Positions 12,601 through 24,600 of a stretch of 64,000 bases of DNA are shown piece by piece. Numbering within the stretch: position 1 is the stretch's first letter; each line of letters begins with the position of its first letter. Source of the DNA: Raillietiella orientalis (Eukaryota); contig JAYWIR010000023.1 in assembly GCA_036172245.1 (NCBI GenBank), forward strand, positions 1,240,001 to 1,304,000, in the 5' to 3' direction. The position numbers and the translations under genes were made by a program. The notes below the pieces were generated by a model. The model had not been told where the DNA came from. It made no database searches and saw only the letters and a list, made by a program, of their open reading frames with translations.

Positions 12601-15600
12601 CAGGGTTTTTCTTCCAGGGACCCACCCCCCTCCCTTCCTCCCGCAAGCACATTTTCCGAGCCGCATTCCTCGGGCCTTTCGAAGAAAGCATTCCGCGAGC
12701 ACGGGCAAAGGTGGTTCGATGAGGAAGGACTTGGCTCCCTGGGTGCGTTCTTCGATCCCTCCCGCCCGTGCGGACTCCTGACGCAGAACCATCCTCTTTC
12801 CCCGCGGCGGCGGGCACGGGCTCACAGCTACTCCTCCCCTCCTCCTCCTCCTCCTGCAGGTGGTCGAAAAGAATCTGGGCACCCAGGGGAGACACGTGCT
12901 CACTCGCTCCACCCGCAGTTGCCGATTCGGGAATCAAAAGAACCGCGCCTACACGAACCGAAGACCGAAGACGCGAGACTTGGAGCTCGACCGCTGTCCG
13001 CCTCTGAGTGCTGCAGTCGCTTGCTCTCCCCGATTTATTTTTACTTTATATTTTTTTGTTTTCAAAAAAGAGAAAAAAATGAAATGGAATGAAGAGGCGC
13101 ACTGGCAGTCAACTTAAAAAGATCTGGGATCCTCCGACGTATTTGGGGAGAAGAGGAGGAGGTATTTGGGGACGCTTCCTTTTCCCATCCTTGAAATGTT
13201 CACTCTCGGGGTTTCGGCTTGAGCGCGGAAGACGGTGGGGTCCATTTGCTTCCTTTGTTGCTATGGGCTGCTGCAGCTTACTTTGTAGCACCGGCAGGTG
13301 CCAGCCGAGTCGGGAAGCGGGTGAAGTACCGGCGTGCGAGGAGTAGCCGCCACGTCTCTGGAGAGTTGCGCGAAACCCTGATGGGGTTCCGTGACCCATG
13401 TGGTCAAGGTTGAGCTCCTGACCACCAGCAATCATCCGAATACTACGGAACTTCACATTCGAAATCGATCTGCTGATAAGTTCCGAAGTGTGCGTGGGCG
13501 GATGCACGAAAAGCGGAGAGAGGATACCTCCAGGATTCAAGAGGAACAGGACAAAGACCTCTCATTGATGCCATGGATTGGAGTCACTGGGTTTCACGGC
13601 ACGGTGCGCACGTTCCACAGGTCCTGATTGAAGAGGTTGGGAGGTCGGGAACGTGGCGGCGTGAAGCCGTGGCTAAAGCCTGAAATAGGCAGCGACTGGG
13701 TCTGGTCATCAAAGAGGAACGGATGAGATGGGGAACCAGGAAGGAGAGGAAACGTGGGAAGGAGTCATTCGGGGTGCCTACATCAGAGGCGATAGGAATG
13801 AGCTCTGACAAGAACGCGAGAGCTCCGTATCCACTTCGCGGACGCTTCGGGTCCCCTCCATCATCAGCACCATCCACAGCAACAAGAGGGAGCGGAAATC
13901 GGTGAGAGAGAAGGAGGAAATCCGGTTGTCGCCGCTGACCGGGCACCAGCTGGCTGTTGTGACTATTCTGCAGCGGCTGGCTGGAATCCTCTCGAGGGTG
14001 TTACGCGAGTTGCCTCTCTGGAGTTCTCCGGTTGCCTCCGGCATGTCCCCTAGCCGGCTTCGCGTACTTCCCTGGCAGGAGGTCGGCAGGAGGCAGGGAA
14101 GAAGAAATAAGCGAGGCGTCGATTACCACCACTTCATCTTCCCGTTTCCCTAAGGAGGATCCTCCACGGCGGCGGGATGGGCAAGGGGAGCAAAGAAGAG
14201 CGCGTTCATTATAGGTCCATGAAGAAGGCCACTAGGATCGCTCGGGATGGAGCGTTCCGGCTACTCCTCCGGGAGCGCGTTTGTTTGTCCTCCTCCCCTT
14301 CCCTGCCTTCCTCCCTTGCTGAAGTGAGCGCCGAGCGAGTCCGTTACACGCCAGTCTCCGTAATCTATAAGAATCGTTCTCTTTTCTGAGTGCAGAGGGG
14401 GAGGGGGACCTTATCGGGATGCCAACCGGAAAGGAGGGGAGAGTAGAGGGAGGAAGACAGAGAGAACAAGACTCCCGACTGCTTGCCCGGAAACCTTGAG
14501 TACCTCCTTCCTTCGCCGTTCCAGAAATTCTGCAGGAAAGCTGCTATCCTCGCCATGAGGTCCATCGCCAAACACTCTGCCACCCTTGCGCAAGCGGTGG
14601 TCGACGCCGACGCCCTAGAGGCGCTGTCGTTGTCTCTGGAGGATGTAGACTGCTGCCTGAGGGAGGAGAGCTCGTCCACTGTCGGAGCCATCGCCAAACA
14701 CTCCGGATCCCTGTCTCAGTCCGTCGTGGACGCGGGCCTCGTGCCCCTGCTGGTGGCGTGCTTGCAGGAACCGGAAGCGGGATTGAAGATAGAGGCGGCT
14801 TGTGCCGTGGGCCACATCAGTTCCCACTCTACAGAGCTGGCGCTCGCGTGCGCGGATCATGACGCCATCATCTGCTTGGCGTCGCTGGTGACCCATAAGG
14901 ATCCGAAGGTCAAGGTGAGAAAATGAGGCAAGGCGAAAGCAAGCGAGAGAGGCCAACGGACCGAGAGATGGATGCCTGCTTCCCTTTTCGGTCATTCCCG
15001 GGCAGCGCCACGTACTGTCGTCATTGACACAGATGTGCAGACACTCCATGGACTTGGCCGAGATGGTGGTCGAAGCGGGCATATTCCCCTCGGCGCTGCT
15101 GAATTTCCAGGACGAGGACGTCACAGTGCGGAAAAACTGCGCCACGCTGACCAGGGAAATCGTCAAGCATTCCGCCGAGGTGAGACGGTCGGTCCGCTTC
15201 GGCTCTGGCCCCCGTGCAGGCCTCCTGGGAAAGCGACTCTGCTGCTCGCACGCAGGGCAGGCGCTCCCTTGCATCTTTTCCTTCTTTCCTCTCTCGTGCT
15301 TGGAGGCTGCTGCTCCCCATCACTCGCTGACGATTGCGGATCCTGGTTGAATGAAAGGAATGAAGGGTAAGGATAGTCTCTCTCCGCGAAGCGGGGCAGC
15401 ACTGCAGCCAGGACTGCTTCTTCGCACTGGGAGAACTGAGCACTCGGCAGGGAACCGGCCGGGCGTCGCTGCGTCCTGATCCTACAGACTGCTCTTCCTC
15501 CTCTTCCCCTCCTCTTCTTCCTCCATTATTCTTTCTACTTCTCCTTCCACTCTCGCAATTTTTGCGCGTGTTCCTTCCTTTGCTCTTCTGCCGGTGAACC

Positions 15601-18600
15601 TTCCGCTGCGACAGTCCTGAGCTCGGTGCCTCGTCGAGCAGGCGTTGAGCCCGAGATCAGGCCAAGGAGTCCCGGATTTCCCTCTCTCCTTTCCTTAAGA
15701 CCTCGACGGAACCGCTGCCGTTCCAGACCCGCACCGCGCGCCGGGCGCGCGAGACAGGGCCGGGCGCAGAGGAGCGAAAACTCGTTCGGCGTGCTCTGCC
15801 CTTCCTCGAGACGCGTCCCTTTCCTTATGGCGGGTGGCGGTGGCGGCTCCTTTGTGGGCACCTCCTTGTGACAGGGTCGAGGGCTTCGATGAACCCCCCA
15901 CGAGGGAGGGAGAGAGGGAGGGAGGGAGAGGAAGCGTCTGCTGCTTCCCCGAAGGGGATGCGCCGGGAGCGCGCACTTTCCCGGCAGGAGAGAGGGAAGA
16001 GGAACCGAGAGAGGCGTCGGCCATCACCTCGGCTTCCCTCTTCCGCGGGGAGGATCCTCCGCGGCGGCGGGATCAGCGGAGACAGCAAAGAGCGCGTCCA
16101 CTACAGCTCCACGGCAGATGCGACCTTTGTTTCCCGATCTTCACCGGTGGAGAGCCAGGATTACGCCGGCAGGGGTAGGGAAGCATCATCTTCGCTTCCT
16201 TCCCCTTCGAGGAAGTGAAGCTCTCCTTCTCGCTCCTGTCCCCTTGCTACGAAGGGGGAAAAGGAAGTGGTCAGCACCCCTTGGCTGCTCCTTCACGGCT
16301 AGTCCGCCTTCCCACTCCACCGGATTTCTGGGGAGGCTCATCGGAACTTGCACATCTGTTTTTGCTCCCCCCTTCCTCTCCCCTCAGCCATGCGCCACCT
16401 CCCTCACCGTTCTTGCCTCTCTCCAGTCGAGCTCGTCCACGGCTTCGCTTCTCCGGGGATGGAGGGGGGGAGAAGGGAGAAAACAACAAGGCTGTGGCTG
16501 CTGATGATGATGATCTCAAGTGCAGTTTCACGGCACGTGGTGCCGCGAGAGCTGGCGGAGGCAGGTCGGAGATCTTGGTGCACGGGAAGCGCGTCGGAAA
16601 CTCCATGCAGAGAAGAGATGGGCAAGCCAGTGGGAACGGACGCGCGCGAGACCGAAGCCTGGTCTCGCTAGGCGCAGGTCGCAGACGCTGTCACTGTGGG
16701 AAACGCGCGGGAGGAAACCCGAACGGCCTTCTTGTCTGCGCCCTCCCGTTTGAGACTGCGTGCTTCACCACGAGCAGCCAGCCACCGCGTGTTGTGTGAT
16801 GCACAAGGGAAGGAGGGAGGGAGAAGGAGGGGCTCTTTTGAAGAGAGCGCGACGACGCTACCGTAAAGGATGGGCGGTGCACACCGGCAGTCGCTTCCTG
16901 GATGACACGCTTCAAGACGGACAGAAACCCGACGGACGCGGACGCAAAAGGATCTTCCCGATCGGCCATCCATTTGGACGCAATGCGATGCGTCCTTAGC
17001 AGCACCCGTCCAGTTAGGATGAACGTAGTGGATGCGGAGGGTCGCCGCCGCGTGCGTGGCTTGTGATGTGGCTCCGTCCTATCCACTTCTGTTTCCACGG
17101 AAGAGGAGAGACATCTCGGGTCCGCTGCACTTCCCCGAAGAGCACTCACTCTGAGCCGCAAAGACGGAAAGTCAGCAGATTCCGTAGGACGATCTTCGAA
17201 GAGTCCGCAGTACTGGCTCCCAGCTGTCAGTGTGCACAAAGGAAGGGATGGAAGGGCTACTCTCCATTGCTCAGGAACGAAGCGGTGCGTCCGAGGTCCT
17301 CGAAGACGGCAGCATCGCGCGAAAGACATGGATTCTCGAGCTTGCAGAGGATTATTGAGTCGGTTTCTGAACCTTCCGTGGGAAGATGGGGAGCTCCAGG
17401 GAGCTGCTTCTCCTCCGAATTCGGGAGAGATCAAGAATCCCGGAGCAGCAGGCGCTATGGAAACGAGACTCCTCAGAGAGGAAGTAGCACTTTGCCCTTC
17501 CAAGTTAACAGTGGAGCTCCTTTAGAGGAGAGCAGAGCATGGGTACCGATAGCTTTCGTACTCTTTCCAAGGAAGGTGGAAGAAAAGCGCTCGTTTGTTT
17601 TATCCGCGGTATCTCTCAAGAGCCAAGAACCCGGTTTGATGCCCCGAGCACGAGGAATAGAATATAACAGAGACGTACCACGAGATGGTGCACCGAGAGG
17701 AGTTGCGCTCCAGAAGACATGAACCCGCGCTCGAAATGTTTCGGAATGAGGCAGGTCACAAGGACATTCGCGACGGCGGACGAGCTCTACGTGAAGGACA
17801 GCAGCGTTCCGGACAACTCGCCCAGCTCGTAGCGAACCAGTTGATCTCAAATGACGCGATGGGGAACGCGCGGTTCAACTGAAAGGCAAAAGGAAGAGGC
17901 TGCTGACAAAGAGAAGCAAAATCCTGCACTCTAATTCGAAGACTCTTCAAGAAAATGCCCGTTTCTGGTGGTGAGGTCACGCTGTGTGAAGAATCCATAC
18001 TCTGTGTGCCTTCTCAGAAGATGCTGTGAGCAAGCACAGTCTTTGAAGTCCCCGGGCTCGACAGCGTTCCAAAAAGAGGGATCGCAGCAGGAATCATTCG
18101 CGGGGCTCAAGAAGTGCAACCCGTTCGCTGTCTAGGATTGCTAATGACACCTTGATTGATGACACTTTCCGTCATTTGGTTTCCATTGATGATTCCCAGG
18201 CAGACATTTACCGTCAGGAGGAAACACAAGGGCAAGGAAGGTATGGGGCCCACCTGGGCGGCAGCCATGGTAACTGTGGCTTCTGTGCGCAGCACCGAAC
18301 GTTGCGGATTCGAATCCCACCCGGGGAAGGGTCGACGCCGAGAACGGGAGGTGAGTCATGGGTTTCGAGTCCCCCCTGCAGGATGACTCTCGTGGGTCCT
18401 CGAGCTCCGGGTGCGGCACTGGTGGAAGTCGGAACCCCCAGATGCCCCCGCTGACTGGCCAGGATTGAGAATCAACTGTCCGGGTCCTTCCAGGACAACC
18501 AAGAGCCTTCGGGGTTTCCCTTCGGTTGTGAAAATGGAGCCGTTCCATGGAGCTAGTTAGTACTCCCTCGAAGGGGGTCGCCTCTCCAGAGTGTAAGTGC

Positions 18601-21600
18601 GTTGCTCCCTTCGGAGAGCGCCCTTCAGAGAAATCGGGAAGCGTCCCTTCGGAAGTGGAAACAAGGAACAGACCTCCTTTCCGGAGGTCCCTCTGGAGAA
18701 GAAACGAGGATTGGCTCCCTCCGGAGAAAATCAGGAAGAGGTTCCCTTCGGAGACAACCAGGGTGGAAGGTCCCTTTCGGGGCTCCCTCCCAAGCTTGAG
18801 AGGAACAGATTACTTTTTCCGTAGCCTTCCTGGATTCACAGGGTGGTACCCTTCCGGTGTACTCCTGTAAGAGTAAAGCTCACTCTCGGATGGAGTGGGC
18901 AGTGCTGAAGAGCTTCGTGAGACTCTCCCCCCCTTCCCCCCTCGAAGAGCGAACGGTTCTTCAGCGCTTTGCCAATTAAAAGAAAAAGAAAAAGAAAAAC
19001 CCAGAAAGGAAGAAAAAGCTTGAAGGAAGATATCTGTGGAATCTAGAAAACTGGCTCCTCCTGGGCTGGATCTAGTAGCTTCTGCTACTAGTGAGACATC
19101 GGATCAGATGGGAAGCAGCAGAAGCAGATATGACTGTTTACTAAGAGGGGTCAAAGATGGAAAGAAGGATAGGCCAATCGAATGCTGCTATTATGAGAGA
19201 CCAGCCCGCGCAGCTTTTCGGTTATCTAATCTAGATGATGCAGACAAAAGAAGGGAGACAGTACTTGTTGATTGTAAGGGGAGGCTTGCAGCTAAAAGAA
19301 TCGTGTGCTCATAAGCTTTCTGATTTTTTTCTTCCTTCCCTTTCTCATCATCCCCCAAAACTTATCGATCCGTTAGGGAAATTTTCGAGAGCGCCAACGC
19401 GAGGAAAAGCGACGCCACTTTCGGGTCTTGACGCCAAATTGTGAAATGTTCTTACGCGCTTTGCGAGTTACATGCCCTGCGGGGGGAAGGAATCGTGGGG
19501 ATGATTACGCGCGACGATACTCTTCCATTTGAACCATCTTGCCTCAGTGTTTCATCAACGAGATACAATTATGCGGGTGAACTGGCTGCTAAGGAAACCT
19601 CTCAGTGCACGGCCTCACTGGCGAATGCTCACCCATGGTTTGGCAGAGAGCATTCGAAAAAACAGCATCCCTTCTCTAGAAACATAATCTCCTGGAATAA
19701 CTTTAATCTTCTTGCTCTTCGGTGAAGCACACAGTTTTGTTCCGTGTACACAAACAGGCCCAGAAATAATCTTGTCCATTAATCAATTGGAAGAGTAGAG
19801 TTCCGATTTTCTCCCGAAGAATTTCCGATTCTTATTAAAGGAATTTCTGGAGCATCCTTCTCCTGCGTCTCCTGCTTCTAATCTTGTAGATCGAGCAGAA
19901 AAAAGTAGATTAGAAGAGGTGTTCATTATCAGCAAAGGTCCACCTTAGGTTCTAGTTGGTTGAAATGTGCGGCAGTGAATTGTCTCAGTGTCAAACACCA
20001 ATGTTTCGACAGTGAGACACAGTGAACATACACGTGTACGCACTCACGTGTGTGTATTTTTTGTTTCTCATTTTAGCTAGCCCAAATTGTGGTTAATGTT
20101 GGTGGATTAGCTGCGACTGTGGAGTATCTGTATACCTCTCCTGAACATGCACGTCTCCCTGGTATCATGCTACTCGGATACGTTGCAGCTTCCTCGGAGC
20201 ATTTGGCGATGGCAGTGATTGCTTCACAGGTCTGTCATTTCAAAGGAGAGAGAATGCAATTTCCTTGTGTTGCGCAAGGAAGACTTATAGAATTCGCCAT
20301 ATTCTTGCTGAGTTATGTCATCAGGGTTTTTTGTCCATATAGGCTCCGTTTTGTTCAACTCTTCGTCTTCCACGTACTTTTCTTTAACATTCTTCTTCTT
20401 GGTTGTTCCATCTTCTTTAACACGATCCTCTTCCTCATCTTCTCTTACATCTTCCATTTTTGATTCATCCGTTCCTTCTTTCTCTTATCTTTTTTTTGGT
20501 TTAAGGAACTAAGGGTATTGTGACGCACTTATCGGTCAATGTGCTATTCGCTCGCACTGAAACCAAAAAAAAAAAAAAAAACGAGTCGCATTTTCATTCA
20601 CAATTCGCAATACGTAGTAGCTAGGCGTTTCGTAACTCACTATAATCAAGGTTGCCAGATACATCGCCTGAAATGAACGTATCCGGGGAAAAAACAAAAA
20701 TGAATGGAATCTCCGTTTTCGGGGCTTCTTTGGTTTTTGTCTTTTCACTCCAATCGGATCGAAAGAATAACTTTTTCGAATTTCACTTTGCATAAATTAC
20801 TATGTACCATATTACTATGTGTTTTCTCTCAAACTGCTCCACATTTCTCCAGCCTCTTGTCTTTCCATTTTTTTTTTTTTGCTTGCCCTCCCAAACCGAG
20901 TCTTCCCAAAACTTAGAAGAAAACGAAATCTCTTATACGAGCGTTTTGGCTGAAGGCAAATACGAACTCAGACGCGATGCAACATCTTGAAACTTGTAAA
21001 GTATCAGTTGAAACACACACACACACATACACGGGTCATGTATGTTTCAGATAGATGTGTAGTAAAGGAAGGACAAACCATGAACTAACTTTTTTATCAT
21101 TTAAAGCGAACTTTCTACAGGAAAAAAAAATTCGTGATGGGGTGATTTTTGAGAAAGCTGAGGGGAAAAAGAGTAAGGTGGGTCTAGTCAAAAGACAGAA
21201 AATGGAGAAACCTTCGTTCCTCGTCGTTTTGATGAGTAATTCGTTTCAGTTATTCGTAAGGCCTGATAATGCGTATCCAGTAATTCATGGGGTGGAATTG
21301 AACAAAACAACCAAACAGCGACCAAGTAGAATTTGATTGCAATCTCGATCATGAAAGTTAAAACAGTAGGAAAACAGAAATAGCATGTAAAATGGGCATC
21401 TGCTTGAGGATAAACGACGTTAAGTTGCTATGGATACCTAGAGTGTCGTACCCTCTTGATAAGAGTTGAGGTGTGTCACTGATATATTGGGAGGAATCTT
21501 CAGAATACAGCAATGTTGAGGAGTGACTAGAGATACTTATGCGTGCATACCAAAATGTTTGCAATTCTCTCGCAGCGCTCTTTCGCGTGGCCCTCGAGAA

Positions 21601-24600
21601 TGTTCTGGAACGGTAACTGGCGTCCTGGCTACAAGGCTCGCTGTCCATCTAACGCCTGACGCACTTCAAAGAAAACAATGAAAATCTATCGTGAATAACT
21701 CCCGAAACCATTCTTTTACCGAAAATTCTTTTCCGGTGGTTACCATGGCGCTCGCGAGAAGTTTCCCTGTGAGTTTATCTGATAGCCGTTAGAATCAAAC
21801 CTCACCCGGTGGATAGCGAAAAAATGGGCAGTAGGAGGACTGTGTGAGGAGGGAGGAGAAGAAAAGCCAAGGAGGGACAGAGGCGCTAACGGGTCTGTCG
21901 CTGCTGCGTGGCATGTGGAGTTTAGGGAGGAGCTGCAAGAACTGCGCTTACATGTCGGGCGCCTCCTTAGCGTAACTTTTTCTGGATTTCTATGGCACGT
22001 TGCCAATTTGCGCAACCGGTATCCCTCCTGGGAATGTCAGCGCTGGGAAGAAAGAAAATCCGTGCGACACGCTCCGGAAGTTCCATGATGCTTGCGGCCG
22101 AGGAATTTCCCTTCACAGGAGCGAACGGTGAAGCCTCCGATCACCTTGCCATGGATCGGTTCAGGGCCGCGCGAAAGGCAACGCGGGGAGGCATTCCCTT
22201 GCGGAACCCCCCACAAAACAACCACCAGCTCAAAAACCTCACCGGTGGAGCCGGGAAAACAGAAAAAGCGAACTCCGACATCCGTTGATAAAACATTTTG
22301 GGTTGACAGTAATCACTGAGCCGTGGACCCACAAGCCACGCAACCAGTGAGCAGAGAATCTGTAAACGCGACCAACCACACTCGGTTGATGGTTGGGGGT
22401 ATCCATCTCCGTAAAACTTTTCGGGTTTTTGTCTGCAGAGCCACTGCCACAGAGCAGCGGATTTCCCATGGATTTCAAAGCCATTGGCGCAGAGATTTAG
22501 AGGAACAGAATTGCTGAATCTTCTAGGCAGCCGGAACCTCTGAAAGGCGAATCATTTCTTTTCTCAGCGGCTGTCAATCTGTTTTCATAAGTCATCTCCC
22601 ACTCTATCACTCACATCTTGGTAACTTGCATGACAAGGCTTTACAACGAAGAAACAAATTGCTAGATCCTCCCCCCCCCCCCCACACACACCTACATCCC
22701 TCTCTCTCTTTCTCTCTCTCTTTTGATCTGTTGATCTGAAACATCCTATAGTCGTTTTCTTTTGCGTTTTGGAATTTGGAGTCTTTGAAAATTTGGCTTC
22801 TTCATGCATCTGTCTTCCTTGAAAGTCGACGTCAGTTCGAAAGAGTCTTCCGAATACTTTTACATCTTGTGTGATTCTTTCCATCACGGGCTTTATTGCG
22901 GCACAAGGAATCGGAACGTTGCTGATTTATGCAGCTACACCGCTTATCTCGAACCGAACGAGCATCTCGCCAACAACTGATCCGGTGACCCTTTCTCACA
23001 ACGATGCCAATGCTCTAGGAAGTCACCTGAAACTTCCGTTTGTCCAAGAACCTTCTTAACGAGTTCACACAAAGGATGGGACCGATGTGAGTAATGACAC
23101 AATATCAGCCAGGATGGGAAAAATCCCAAGATAACACCCTAGAGGGGGGCGGAAGAGAAGGAAGCAGGCCAATTTTTCGACATAGTCAGTCGAAATAAGA
23201 ATGGTTGGAAACACGTATAAGCGAGAGTCGAACATCTTGTTAATGCTCAGTTATGATTTTGTTTCGAGGACAGAATTATGCAAAAATTCTTTGAATCCGA
23301 TGTTCGATTCTGTTTTCTTTCATAAACATCCATGCTTTGCGTTACTCTTCTTGGATTGTTTATCAGCATTTCTGTCACACTTGCGGTACGCTTTTGGTAC
23401 ACATCAGCAGCTCTGAGTGCTTTCTACCTCTTGAAAATTTTCGATTGTTTCTTGCTCATCATCATTAAGGAGTGGTTGTTCTGTTTGTTCCTTCCAAAAT
23501 CATATGTAGGGAGGTTCTGAGCACAACCCTCGATGTCGTAGACTTGAGTCCCAATGTCAAAGATCCAGGAACTGATACGCACGATACAGTTGCTGTATTC
23601 ATGTGATCCAGTGCTTACGATTTGCGAGTAGACTGAATTGTTCGTACAATAAATAGAGCGCAAGGATCCAAAAATCGCTGTCTTTCTGGGTAATTATAAA
23701 AAATAATGCTGCTAGAAATCGTTTGTCTCAGCTAATCTCAGATTTACGCTTCCTCGTAGCTCACGTTTTCCACGAAAATCGACACATCTATTTTTCGAAA
23801 CCATTCGGAAGTCAGCACTGCGTTTCATGATCTGTTGGGCTTCTTTCGAAGAGGAATTTGTAACCATTCCTAATATTCGCCCTTAAGCTCAAAACCGACA
23901 GAAAAGTATGATTCGGCGCTTGATGAGTATCTCGGTATTCCGAGTTGGCGTACTAACTATTGAGCAATATGGCTACGGATTGCTATGCAAATTGGATATA
24001 TCTCAGCAGCATAATTGCCAAGAGATGATGTTAACGTTAAACATTAATGAGTAATAGATCGCCGCGGTGGCAACCATTTTCCTGGTTGCTCCCTAGCTGG
24101 GATTAATGTACTTCCATTTTTCGTCGTTCATTTGTTCCATTTTTCATTTTCCATTTGCAATCACGTTCTTCCGGTTCCCCTAGGAACTTTCCATTTTTTC
24201 CGTACTTACTCAGTATGATTTTGCAAGCTCAGCGCGTTTTCCTCCTTTTATTTTTCCTAACAAATGTTAAGCACCCATGCAAATGGGAAACCTTCTGCTG
24301 CTGCTTGCGCAAGAGCTCTGCGATAACTGAACGGGCAAGGAGATCATCCTTTTGTGCGAAAGACAAAGTATCACGAACTGTTACAAGGCAATGGGGGAAG
24401 TTATAAACTGTCCAAAAGAAAAGTGCCACAAGCGTTGTTCTCGTACAGCATCCGCAACAAAATGGGAAAAAAAAATTTTTTTTTGCACGAAAGTCGGATT
24501 CGAGAGCAATAGTAGCATGCTGAGCGTTCAAACATCAAACGAACTCTTGTGTGCTCAATTATACAGTAGTCAACTTGCCAAAAAAAAATTCATAGGCAGA

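Noticed and set aside
18300..18380. B-box-like ttcgaatcc and ggtttcgagtcc (tRNA or SINE)
   Set aside because: No cloverleaf or A-box; lies inside a LINE endonuclease remnant.
9677..18870. Dense overlapping 100-270 aa ORFs suggesting a novel gene cluster
   Set aside because: Expected in GC-rich DNA. Recognisable motifs are frameshifted LINE fragments or SPAG6 exons.
18901..18968. CTGAAGA plus stem suggesting a hammerhead ribozyme (similar stem at 377-422)
   Set aside because: GAAC instead of GAAA, and no stems I/III or cleavage triplet found.
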